Assembly (NCBI GenBank): GCA_026914245.1
Contig: CP110440.1
Location: 1,302,001 to 1,366,000, forward strand
Direction: 5' to 3'
Length of the DNA stretch: 64,000 bases
Source of the DNA: Puccinia triticina
Taxonomy: Eukaryota
Part shown: positions 38,828 to 50,641 of the stretch, piece by piece
Layout: each line of letters begins with the position of its first letter
Position numbering within the stretch: position 1 is the first letter of the stretch
Notes under the pieces: model-generated
What the model was told of the DNA's origin: nothing
Database searches by the model: none
Seen by the model: only the letters and a program-made list of their open reading frames with translations
Program-made: the position numbers and the translations under genes

Positions 38828-40822
38828 CTAGAGGCCAAGCGGCTCCGCCGCTGCAGGGTATCCCCACCCACCCCACCTCCCCCGCGCGCCTTAGCCAACC
38901 CTGAACTAAGGCTTTTGCGCACCCCTGAACCCACACCTCGTGGCGGAGGCACCAGATCCCCCCCTACCACACAGCCCAACACCCACACGCGTCCCTACCC
39001 GGGAACATTTGCCGCCCCGTTGCCCTCAAAAGAAACGCAAGCAAAACTTGCCAGGCTTGCATCCCGCCGCAACCCTCCACCAAGCAGCACCGCAAGCCTC
39101 GATTAACAACTGTATAATATTTGGAAGCTATGGTCTCAAATGAGAATGAAATATAGACCAAAACCACACAAATGGGCTCCCAGTATATGAACAAATGTCC
39201 ACACCGTCACCCTTGAAGTGTCAAAGCCAACTGGCTCGTTCCGGTTTGTAAAAGGGTGGGCCTCCGATTAGCGCGGTGTGTCTTTACGTGGAGGCACGAC
39301 TGCCCGTTGAAACCACGTGCCGAACGTCCTGAGCTACCGTTTTTATGAGGACGTTTCAGTTGAACTCCGTTTTACAATTACCAATTAAGTCAAGCCACAG
39401 GAGACGTGAAAACTCCTGCAAACGTACCACTCTCAACCATCACAACGCGACGCTCAACACCTTTTGAAGAATCCGTAGGATGAGTAGGTTCGACTCCCGC
39501 CGATGTCTGATGACCAGGCGACCTCTTCGTCTCGACAACTGATTGGGCTGAAGTGGCCAAACTCCCCCAGTGGAGGTGGCCGCAAGCTCCGCACTCCTTC
39601 CCACTCGACCCAAAGTTGTAAGGTAAGCGATAATCCTCGATAATCACGGCGCGAGAATCTTGTTCAGATTGAGTCCCCTTCATGGTCATGCTAGTCTGTC
39701 GTGGCTTAAGAGCGCTATCTAACCGGCAAATTATGGATAAGTTCCAATACAATTGAAACCGTATAGACTGGGGGCAACGTTGTGCTATGGGAAGAGTTGC
39801 CATCAAGCTTACCCAAATGGTCAAGGAATCTCTTGTGATTGATGGTTTCGACGATATTAGTGTGTGGTACCTCGTTGCCGGCGAACTGGTCCTTAATCTT
39901 GAATGCAAGGCCTGATCAACCAGGCTAACCATGGGCTATAGTTGGTATGGGCTGTGCAGAAGTAGTCAAGGGTCCGGGCCGGTCGTTATGACTCTTTCAA
40001 CTGGGTTCAGTATCAGTGGAAACGTGTTATCCAGTTTTTTGAGTGCTGTGATGGCGATGGCCGGGGCTGGTGGTTACGGGTCAAGGGGTCTAGTGGATCC
40101 AGCAAACATGGGCAGGTGGCGAGTGCGAGTCGGAGGGTTAATGGTCACCGATGGAGAGGGCTGAGCGTATAGAGAAGGGTATGGGAAAAGGGCTCACAAT
40201 ATTCGTCATTGCGTGGCGTGGCTGGGCGGTTGATTCAACTTTGAGGCGTTCATTGTTGGCCTTGGGGGACGGTGGGGTTATAGCAACGTGGTGATGAGGG
40301 GAGTCAAGAAGGGCTTGATCGAGGCAATGTGTGAGTGTTTTGTGGGCTCCGGGTGCAAATCGGTGTGGAACCGGTGGGGGGGATGTCAAGTATAAAGTCA
40401 GGGGGAACTTGGGGTACCTCCTCCTCAGGCGACCTGCCCGGCTGTATTTCCAGTCGGGTGATCGTCTCAACCCCGTCCGCTGTTGCGTTTGCGCAGTCTG
40501 ACAGGGGTTATTCGTGGGCCCCCCTTGTGCTTGACGGCTGGGGGTCGACTTCCCAACGCTTTTTGACCCTGCTAGACAGGGATGGGCGTTGGCCCACGGT
40601 GCGTCAGCTTGCTGCGCTAGGTGGTTGGTTATCGGCTGCGGTGTGATTTTACATGCAGAATTTATTTTTGGCCTGCGACCTTGAATTTTGTCTGAGGCCC
40701 TGACATTTTTTCTTGGAATTTGTAAAAGGGGAAGCCCTCGATTTCTTTTTGTAATTTTGCATTTTGTAAGGGGAAACCCTTGAATTTTTTTTCTATAAAC
40801 CTGAGGCTTTAATATACTTGGA
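38828..40822 (-). mobile_element. Non-autonomous Helitron-like element C
   Basis: 5' A|TCCAAGTATATTAAAG at 40822; 3' GCGG-CGGAG-CCGC hairpin + TTGGCCTCTAG|T at 38828; flanks rejoin to GCTTAGTAGGAAAA|TTACTGCTAACTG, exactly as at ~46005-46035; no TSD. Confidence 0.92.
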
Positions 40823-41525
40823 TTACTGCTAACTGTATAGCTTTTTTGTTACACACCAAAACAGTCCCAAAATTTCAGAAATTTTTTCATTGTGGATACT
40901 CTCCGCGCCATAAATTCCTTGGCAATAGTGTGTCATGATAACATGAGATATAAGGGGTGCGCGGCGGGCTTGGTAGGAAAATGGCTGCTACAGGTATAGA
41001 TTTTTTGTTACAAGCTGAAACAGTCTGAAATTTTCAGGAATGTTTCAATTTTGCATATCCTCCGCGCCATAAAGCTCTTAGCAATAGTGTGTCATTAAAA
41101 CATGAGATAAGTTAGCAGTCATTTTCCTCCTAAGCCCGCCGCGCACCCCTTTATCTCATGTTATCATGACACACTATTGCCAAGAAATTTATGGCGCGGA
41201 GAATATCCACAATGAAAAAATTTCTGAAATTTTGGGACTTTTTGGGTGTGTAACAAAAAAGCTATACAGTTAGCAGTAATTTTCCTACTAAGCCTGCCAC
41301 GCACCCCTTATATCTCTGGGAAAAATTCTGAAAATTATCAGATGATGAATTTGCACATGTACCATGATACTGTGAAATTTTTGGGGCTACTGGGGCACAG
41401 GAAACGATATTACAGGTCCCTGCCGCATTAAAATATGATTATTTCATCTCAATTTTCTCTAGGCTCAAGGAGACCACCAAATGACTTGATTATATTTTGG
41501 GGGGGTCATAAAAGGTTGTTCTATT

Positions 41526-41728
41526 AGGGGGGTTCACAATACGATAAAAATAAAACTTTAGAGCCAATTTTAAGGCCTTTATAGACAATTTTTTAAAAAA
41601 TGAAGAACACCCTCAGATTGCCAGGGGACACCTAATCCTGTACATCCTGCCATATTTTTAAAAAGTTGTTGATAAAGGCCTTAAAATTGACTCTAAAGTT
41701 TTATTTTTATCCTATTGTGAACTCCCCT
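41526..41728. mobile_element. MITE with long TIRs and 3-bp TSD ATT (PIF/Harbinger-related type)
   Basis: AGGGGGGTTCACAATA.GATAAAAATAAAACTTTAGAG TIR; ATT on both sides; intact foldback copy reads CTATTGA at the empty site. Confidence 0.85.
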
Positions 41729-42203
41729 ATTGACTCATCAAAAAATATCTCCAGAAAAGTAAGCTGTTTTTTCGGGGGAATGCACAGTGCACGAAGAGCT
41801 GTGGTGGAAGCGCGCACTGGGGGCGGGACGTCAAGACGACGACCCCCACAGTGCGCGAAGAGTTTTTTGCAGTGCGCAAAGTAATTCCGTATTTCAAAGA
41901 TATTTGGTTTTCAAAATTAGATATTTTTTACATAAAATCATAAACTGCAATTTTGGCTGGGAGATGTCAATAAAGTTTTGTGCATGCTGACATCTCCCAG
42001 CCAAAATTTGCTTGATGATTTTATGTAAACAGTGTCCTATGCAATTTTGAACACCATAATAGACGGGGTGGGTTAATTTTACAAGGTGTGTTTTACAAGG
42101 TACAAGGCCTTGTAAAAAAGGTCCTTTTAAAATTACACATTGGGGGGGGGGGGGGGGGGGGGGGTGATGTGTAATCCAAGTTTATTAAAGACAGGGAAAC
42201 ACA

Positions 42204-42450
42204 CACTGCAAAAAAAACTTGGTCAACTGCTTGCAGTTGACACGCAGGATACTCGAGTCAAGCTGCCATTGTAACTCCACCTGGATGCACAAGTGCCTTT
42301 GTTGGCACAGTCACTGTGCAAGGTGCCCAGTGACTGTGCATTGAAGCTTGGGTTGAGTCAAACCTTGAGTAAGGCTGGTGTAACACCACAAGCTTCCTCA
42401 GAGTTACCACATGTCAACTGCTCACAGTTGACACAGTTTTTTTTGCAGTG
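42204..42450. mobile_element. CACTA/EnSpm-type MITE (CACTG termini)
   Basis: TIR CACTGCAAAAAAAAC / GTTTTTTTTGCAGTG; 3-bp TSD ACA. Confidence 0.85.
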
Positions 42451-42705
42451 ACAAAAACAAAGATCAAGGGTTTCCCCTACAATTCACACAAATTGCAAAA
42501 AAAAAGTCAAGGGTTCCCCCTATTCTGTCACAAGAAAAAAAGTATGGGCCTATCCAACAAATAAAATTGACACAAAATAGTGACAGCAAACACAAAGAAA
42601 TCAAAAACCCAACAGAGACGCCCCACTACCCATCCCCGTCTAGCGGGGTTAAAAATTAGTGGGCAGATGACCCCCAGCGCGCCGCAAGGGCATTGTGCAA
42701 AGGGG

Positions 42706-42958
42706 TGTAAGGGTTTCACCAAGGCTCCACCCTTACATAAGCTGTGTTGTAATAGAAGCATTATTATCCATGCTTATACATAGTATTCCCGCTTTATATA
42801 GTTTTGATCCCATCTCTTCTCTTCTCCCCCAAGCTGGTCTTCCCCTTCTTCCTTCTTTCATCGGCCGATCTCAGAAATTCACATTCTTTTTATAGACTTC
42901 AGGCCTTTGGCCCTCCGTCCCTCCGTTCCTTCCAGTGAGGGTTCACAGAACCCTTACA
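42706..42958. mobile_element. Solo LTR (253 bp)
   Basis: TGTAAGGGTT...AACCCTTACA termini; 5-bp TSD AGGGG; interrupts the Helitron 5' module. Confidence 0.85.
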
Positions 42959-43369
42959 AGGGGGGGCACCAAATAAGCCCCCCAAACTGCGCAAATGCAA
43001 CAGCGGAGGGGCATGAGCTGAACCCTGGCTGGAAGTGCAGCACAGTGGTTTGACTGAGGAACAATCTCCCCGCACACCAGCCCACCTTTTATAGATAATC
43101 TGGCCTTGCCTCAAGCACAACACCGCAAACTGTTAGCACCGCGCCCCATCCCAACCCTCGCCATTGTCAAGGCAATAATCACCGCGCCACCGCTCACAAG
43201 CCAAGAGTAACCTCCGCCTTTCAAAACGGTCCTAACCAGGTCAGGGACCAGTTACCACTCTCATGGACACCAGCCACCAGCCCACACACCCATCACAACT
43301 ACGCGCTTAGCGCACCCTGGCCATGCCCTCCTCTGTTGCCATCTGGTCCCTCGCCCCCTCCCCCGCACA

Positions 43370-44590
43370 CCCGGCTGGCCATTGGCTGCGACCACGGCGC
43401 CATCCGCATCGGCGCCATCGCCGACAACCAGCTCGAGCTCGTCTGCAAGCTTGACCCCTGCAACACCCCTCTCCTCAGCCTCGCCTGGGGCATCTCACCC
43501 TCCAAAACTCCTCCCCCGCTCCAGGAGCCCAACGACTCGCAGCTCTTCCTTGTCGCCGGTGGCGCCGACTCCAGTCTCGGAAAACCTCCACCCGGCGAAT
43601 TTCCCAAGCTGAAATGAAGCCCACATCGACCTCATGATGAAAGCCTCCGCACGGGTCGACACTAGGATCAAGAAGTGGACCCCTAAGCCTCCGGTCATGC
43701 TGTGGCAGCTGATTGCGACTGCAAACATCCGCTACTGCGTCAACGCTTACAACGACGCGGCGGCTGACCTCGCCATCATGACCTTCTAGAGTCTAGCCCG
43801 GTTAGGCAAGCTCACAAACTCAAAGAAACGGGGTAGCATCGCCAACAAAACGGACCTCCCGACGACAGACGTCACATTTTACTTGGACAAGGCGTCAGAA
43901 GAGCTGGCCTCCATCACGCTCTTGGCGGCAAAGACAGCTAAGCCTTGCGCAGCACAGTTGATGATCCTCGCGAACCATGAAGGGCATCCTATGCCCAGCA
44001 GGGGCGGGGAATAGACGCCTAACCAAGGCCGGCTCAGTCAGAACCTTCCTTTTTCGGTTACCGGAAAGGGAACACACAGCTTCACCCAACAGGACATGAG
44101 GCGGTGACCCGGATCTGAACAGTCCTTGCGCAGCAAAGATCCGCTACGTCCTCGGCCATAGTTTTCTGGTCAAGGGAGCCTCCCTACGGTACGCACTAGG
44201 GATGAACGTGCCAAACATATACACGTCGTCTGCACCGTCGCCGTCCTCAAGTCAGTCGCCCTTTCTCTCTCTCTCTCTCACCACACCAGCCGCCTCTGAA
44301 AACATCTCTCTCTCTCCAGTGGCACATTAATCTCGGGCGACGCGCTGGGCAATGTGCATTTCTGGGACACCAAGTCGTGTATGCGGCTCCAGACGATCCG
44401 CGCCCATTGCGCCGACATCCTCTGCATGGTGCCCTCCGCCAACGGCTGCTCAGTGTTCACCTTGGGCGTCGACCAGAAGACCTGCCAGCTCACCCTCCAC
44501 ATCCAATCCATTGCCGGCAACACAAGCGAGACAACGGCCGCCCAGCCGCGCTGGCTGCTGGCCGCCTCCTGTCGCCTCCACTCCCACAAC
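43370..44590 (+). pseudogene. UTP4: Captured WD40 fragments resembling U3 snoRNP protein Utp4/Cirhin (two pieces, ~43370-43590 and ~44315-44590)
   Basis: RLAIGCDHGAIRI...LLSLAWG...FLVAGGADSSL and GTLISGDALGNVHFWDTKSCMRLQTIRAHCADILCM...VFTLGVDQKTCQ. Confidence 0.7.
43610..44230 (+). pseudogene. Degenerate tyrosine recombinase fragment of DIRS/Ngaro-type YR element
   Basis: DLAIMTF*SLARLGKLT (R motif), ITLLAAKTAKP, LCP, LGHSFLVKGASLRYALG (degenerate HSFRxGGA); stops and frameshifts. Confidence 0.7.
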
Positions 44591-45614
44591 GGAATTCATG
44601 TACCCGTTGATGTATCAGTTGAAACTCAAAGTTTTCAAACCTCCTACTTTTTATCCTTTCTTTTGCCTTTCAATGCAAAGATCTCCCTCAAAACCCTATA
44701 TTTCTTTCTTCCTTTTTTTTGACATTGTTTGGGTGATATTGCACTCAGGAACCAAGTGTGGTAGTTTGCCTCATTTTGTTTATAAATCTGACAGTTTAAT
44801 TTTTGATTAATTCCTGATGCCATACATACTACCAGTCTAAAATGTACGTCAAAAATTTCAAACACAAACCTGACAGCCTGGATTAATAAAAAACAGACAT
44901 AACCTATCTTTCTTTGACACTTTCCAACTACCTTATAGGTAGAATGAAAGCTTTATAAAATATCCCTTCAGATTGTAGAAAAAATTGTGTTTGCAAGATG
45001 AGAGGTTTTTTCATCAGATACTATAATGACTCTGCATGAGGCATGGGGGGAGGCATTGAGATTTTTCAAGCTCACTGAATGTAGGATTTCCATTTATCAA
45101 ATCCCAGCTCTAGGCAACAAGAAATCTATTTGACTCAACTCAACAAAAACTAGTAAGCCCATGCCAAGTCAGATGGAAAACAGGGACTCTTAACAGTGCT
45201 CAAATAAAATGAGAATGGAAGTCTAATTACTGATCATGAAATGCCATCATGGGGTTTTCATTCATCTATCCATTTATTAAAAATCCTTAATTACATCAAC
45301 AACTCCTTTTTTTGCGCAGCACTTCCCCACTGTAGGGTCTGTCAGTGGTGCGCGAAGAAAGGACTTGTTGGCGTAACTAATGATTTTTAATGTAAGACAC
45401 TGCCTGGGAGGACGACAATCACGGCAGAGCCAGTCAATACCTCCCAGTGGCCTTACTGGAACACTCCTCTGACATTGGCTCCCTTTTATATTCGATGTGC
45501 CCCAGCTTTTGCCCCTGGAGACAGAGAAAAGCTATTGTCCAATCCAATCAGCTGTTCCAAGCTTGGATCGATAGATATGCATGTACCCAAATGCAGCTCA
45601 CAGCAAAAAATCAA

Positions 45615-47033
45615 CGGACTTACTTCGCGCACTGCGGAAAACTCTTCGCGCACTGTGGGGGTCGTTGTCTCGACGTCCAGCCCCCAGTGCGCGCTTCTGC
45701 CACGGCTCTTCGCGCACTGCATTTTCCGCCAAAAAAACGGCTTGCATTTCTTGAGATATTTTTTGATGAATCAATAGAATGGCTTTTTATGATCCCCCTA
45801 AAAAATAATCAAGTCATTCAGGGGTCTCCTTGAGCCTAGAGAAAATTGACATGAAAAAATCATATTTTAACGCGGCAGGGACCTGTAATACCACTTCCTG
45901 TGCCCCAGTAGCCCCAAAAATTTCACAGTATCATGGTACATGTGCAAATTCATGACCTGATAATTTTCAGAATTTTTCCCAGAGATATATAGGGGTGCGC
46001 GGCAGGCTTAGTAGGAAAATTACTGCTAACTGTATAGCTTTTTTGTTACACACCCAAACAGTCCCAAAATTTCAGAAATGTTTTCATTGTGGATATTCCC
46101 CGCGCCATAAATTTCTTGGCAATAGTGTGTCATGATAACATGAGATGTAGTGCGGCGGGCTTAGTTGGAAAATGACTGCTAACTTATCTCATGTTTTAAT
46201 GACACACTATTGATAAGAGCTTTATGGCGCGGAGAATATGAAAAATTGAAACATTCCTGAAAATTTCAGACTGTTTCAGCGTGTAACAAAAAATCTATAC
46301 ATGTAGCCGCCATTTTCCTACTAAGCCCGCCGCGCACCCCTTATATCTCATGTTATCATGACACAATATTGCCAAGAAATTTATGGCGCGGAGAATATCC
46401 ACAATGAAAAAATTTCTGAAATTTTGGGACTGTTTGGGTGTGTAACAAAAAAGCTATACAGTTAGCAGTAATTTTCCTACTAAGCCTGCTGCGCACCCCT
46501 TATATCTCATTTTATAATGACACACTATTGCTAGGAATTTCAGGGAATTAATTTGAAGCATATTTCTCTGTGCTCTCAAAATTTTGTACCTTTGTTGTGT
46601 GGAACAAAAAAGTTATACATATACGCAAAATAATAAACACAATACCTATTTGGGCTAAAGAAAAGCTGGTGAAAATTCTGAAAATTATCAGGTCATGAAT
46701 TTGCACATGTACCATGATACTGTGAAATTTTTGGGGCTACTGGGGCACAAGAAGCGGTATTACAGGTCCCTGCCGCGTTAAAATATGATTTTTTCATGTC
46801 AATTTTCTCTAGGCTCAAGGAGACCCCTAAATGACTTGATTATTTTTTAGGGGGATCATAAAAATTCATTCTATTGATTCATCAAAAAATATTTCAAGAA
46901 ATGCAAGCCGTTTTTTGGGGGGAATGCACAGTGCGCGAAGAGCCGTGGCGAAAGCGCGCACTGGGGGCGGGACGTCGAGACGACGACCGCCACAGTGCGC
47001 GAAGAGTTTCTCGCAGTGCGCGAAGTAAGTCCG
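45615..47033. mobile_element. Foldback/MULE-like non-autonomous element, copy 2 (intact)
   Basis: TIRs CGGACTTACTTCGCGCACTGCG.../...CGCAGTGCGCGAAGTAAGTCCG extending several hundred bp; internal ~120-bp repeats; 8-bp TSD AAAATCAA. Confidence 0.9.
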
Positions 47034-50000
47034 AAAATCAAATGTCTAAAAGTTACCCATTTCTACTCAACAAGTTTCCAAATGCACCGTCCATGAATGC
47101 TATGTTTGTTGCTCTGTTTTCTTAATCCAGTGTTTACATGGCAATCTCCGTTCGCGTAAGGTGCAGAGTCAATTCCTGAATATTATCAAATGTCTGTGCT
47201 CAGCGCGTATTATGCGAGCTGATTTCCCAGATTTGGCTCACAACAACCTGCCAATAGCCAAATTTGTAAATTTGTCGCGTTTCCCCATCTGATGAGCAAC
47301 ACCATCGCTGTCAATCTCCAGTCCGCAAAAGTCAACCCGCCATGTGACTGCACATTTATTTTCACCCAAATGTTCTTGACATACAAGAGCATAAGAGCTC
47401 ACTTGGCCAGAAATGTCGAGCTCACTCGACCGGAAATGTCTCGCATTGATTGGTGTCCTCAATTGGATTAGCATTCTGTCATATTTAGATCTCTTCATAT
47501 TTACGATTTGTTGGTCGGGCATCCAGCTCGTACATACAATTTGGTATGGTCTTCTTTCGCCAACTTTCTTCCAGAGTACTTCCACTGATCCTGCAACCCA
47601 CAGTTTGATATCGGAAAGCCTGCTCCTTGAAGCTGACAGGTCATGTATTCCCAGGAGGCCAATACCAAGAAGCTCGTGGACAGCTTCAGGAATTTCAAGT
47701 GGGTCACGAACTACCAAGAAATCTCCAAGACTTCCTGGTTGTCAGAAGAGAGTATGTTCGACCACATCTTTTCCTTTTCCAGCTCGCCCTCGCCGCCTCC
47801 CTGCCAGCGTCAACAGGAGACCCAACTGATCCGGATACGACTTACCGGACCGTTGCCTTCCGTAAGCTCACAAGGACCCTCAAGCAGTTGCCTCGCCGTC
47901 ACCGTAGCAGAACCTCAAGAATCTTGAAAGCCAGTTGCACGTACAGGTTCCGCTGGTCCCTCAACAAAACTAACCTCAACTCAATGGCTGATTTCGTCGT
48001 TTTCACTATTGAATTGCTTCCGGCACTCTACTTGACAACTGCTCTGAGTCTGAGTAACGCTATCAAGTATTCAGAGTGCTTAGTCCATACCTCTTGTTGA
48101 TGAAGGAACCTTTGCTTCTTCTCTCGAGTTCACTGCTAGCGCGTTCATTCCCAGCCAAATTGATCAGACACACTTTACTACTCCTGACACCGCCATTATC
48201 ACTATGCAATTGTGATTTGATCACAATCCCAAAGATAGTGTGTGATTGACTGGAGCGCTGTGGAACTTCTACGCAGGGCGTGATCTGAGCTTGGAAGGGA
48301 AATAGCAAAAACTAAGTAAGTTTAGGCTAAAGGTGCTTGAAGGGCTGCCTTCCTATAATAAACTCTGGAAGAATTTTACACTAAGAATTTAGTGTGGCTA
48401 AATCAGAAGAAGTATTCTTAAATATTTCTACTACAGACCCTAAGAACCAGGACTCTGTGCGTGGGATGAGAGATGTTATAGTTTGACGTAAGTGACTTTT
48501 TTTTAGAAGGGTCAATTTGTATTTGTTATGTTATCAAGTTCTCAATTTATAATTCAATTTATATTATAATTATTACTATTATGATCTTACTATTTAGATG
48601 GGTGATGGAAGCGGAAGTAATTTCTTAATATTACTATTTATGCTGGCATGGGGAAGAAAGGGAACAAGAAGGGGCAGAAGAGGCCTCCTTATATAGTAAA
48701 TAATCTAGTCTGAGAGTGGATTTTACAAGTGTGAAATAGAATACTACTTTGGGATGCTGTACAGTTGTAGTGTGAAATAATAACCTATATTGGGATGCTG
48801 TACATGATATTTGTGAAATAGTATTCTACTTTGAGTTGAGATCACTTGGCTTGTTCCTCTTTGGGGTGAAAACATGATCTAAGAGTAGATTTTCTAACAT
48901 GTGATAATGGAATCTTTCAGCAGTGTCCCTTTCAGTCCTAGTGTAGATTTGTACTATGTAATGTGTGTGATTTGTATGTGAAAACTAGAATTCTACTATG
49001 TACTTGAGTATGTAACTAAATAGACTAGTACTGGTTTTCTGGGTGATAATTTAATTGACAATTCTATGTAATCTGTAGCTTGTATATTGTTAATTTGTAC
49101 TAGAAGGGTTTTGTTTGTACTTTATAATATACTATTATATTAATTCTTCCCTATTTTTGACGTGTTTGTAAGTGGATTAGTCTTACCACATCCTCCCCCA
49201 ACTTAGATGTCTGCCCTCAGACAACAGAAAGAAGACTAATGAAAGAAATGAAACTTTTCCTATAAAATGTTTTTCTGCGCCGCATGGTCGCGCTGAGTTT
49301 CGTGATTGATGAGTGTGATATTTGATTTTCCTAAGATGTTACATTGTCGCCAGCTCGCGCGTTCTCCTTTGGGCTTCTGAGTGATTGAGCTGTGATATGT
49401 CGAATTGACTAGATATCACGACATTACATAGGTTGTTACCTTTCACTGACACAGATGTACCGATTTTGACGACTTCAATAATCGATATTGTTCGTATTCA
49501 CTAGTATTCGATACTCGTTCAACCGATCTCCCAGCACGACATCCTCCCCTCACAATCACTACGAATCATCCATCAAGTTCGTCCCGGTAAAGCCTCTTTC
49601 GCCGCACCAAGAATCTTCACAGCTCGGATTTCAGCCAACCCCACAGCTTCCTTCTTCACAATCCCTTCGAAACCAACCGTACCACTTAGGATCCACTTTC
49701 ACGTCGTTATAATTCTTCGCAGCCGACCTCTTAATCGATTCCACAGCGGCTTTCCTCTCTCTGGTTCTATCAGTCTTCGTGGTGCCAAGTGATCCTGCAC
49801 GTTTGACTTCCGGCATTGCTCCCTAGTAAGCTTCATAAAATTTATTATTTGACGTCTTTTCGTGATCCTGACTAATTTCATACTTCCTCGTTTTCAACTC
49901 TAGACTACAATTTCAACTCTGATCGACTTTTTCATGATACTACTTATTCTTCGATCGAGACAGCTCCCTTTTCTTCGTGGATCAGATTTTCCGCTCGTCT

Positions 50001-50134
50001 TCTCGATTCTCGTTAAGTTTGTCGTCCTCGTGCAATTGTGAGTATTTAAACTGGCCTCCTTTCTCTTCTTCTTCCCTATTCCCAGACAACTACTAAACTA
50101 AAATTTACTAAAATCCACCTCTTCTAAAAGAAAA

Positions 50135-50641
50135 ATGTCTCGCGATTCCCCTATTGATATTCATGACGACTTTGACCCAAACGCTAGTCGTTTAGCCGAC
50201 GAACTTGCTGTATCTAAACTCTTAGCCCCTAACGGTGAACCTATTATCGTCGGTGACTGTTTCTCCCAAACCGAACTCGACAAACTCGCCGAAATCGCTT
50301 TAGTTATTATACGAAAATACTGCCATAAACATCTCCCTCGCTCGTATTTCGAACAACAAGATCGAATTCAAATGTATATCGAGATTCAAAACAGTTTCTC
50401 GATGGTACGTCCTATTTTCCCCTTATAATCCGTTTATACTAATATACTTACTTATTTTTAATTCATTTATTCTTTTGTATAGACCAATATCCATGTGCTT
50501 CTCGACAGCTTCTTCGCCAAATACCATAGCCTCGACTCCTTAGATAAGAAGGTTAACCAAGGTGGTAAGTGTCGCGTTCCGTATGTCTTCGTTTCGTTTG
50601 TGATAATATTTAACGTGCGATGCGGCGTATTTTCTAGTTAA
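50135..50641 (+). CDS. Antisense spliced ORF in the 3' region of the Gypsy element
   Basis: TATTTAAA at ~50043; ATG 50135; intron 50405-50482 (GTACGT...TACTAAT...TAG); in-frame second exon TNIHVLLDSFFAKYHSLDSLDKKVNQG. Confidence 0.55.

Larger units (their letters stand above)
34584..41889. mobile_element. Foldback/MULE-like non-autonomous element, copy 1, interrupted by two Helitrons and a MITE
   Basis: Long TIRs (TGGACCTACTTCGCGCACTG.../...CAGTGCGCAAAGTAATTCCG); 8-bp TSD TATTTCAA; homologous to intact copy at 45615-47033. Confidence 0.85.

Noticed and set aside
47238..48060. Coding-like ORFs inside Helitron D
   Set aside because: Probably further captured cargo, but I cannot assign a family or strand
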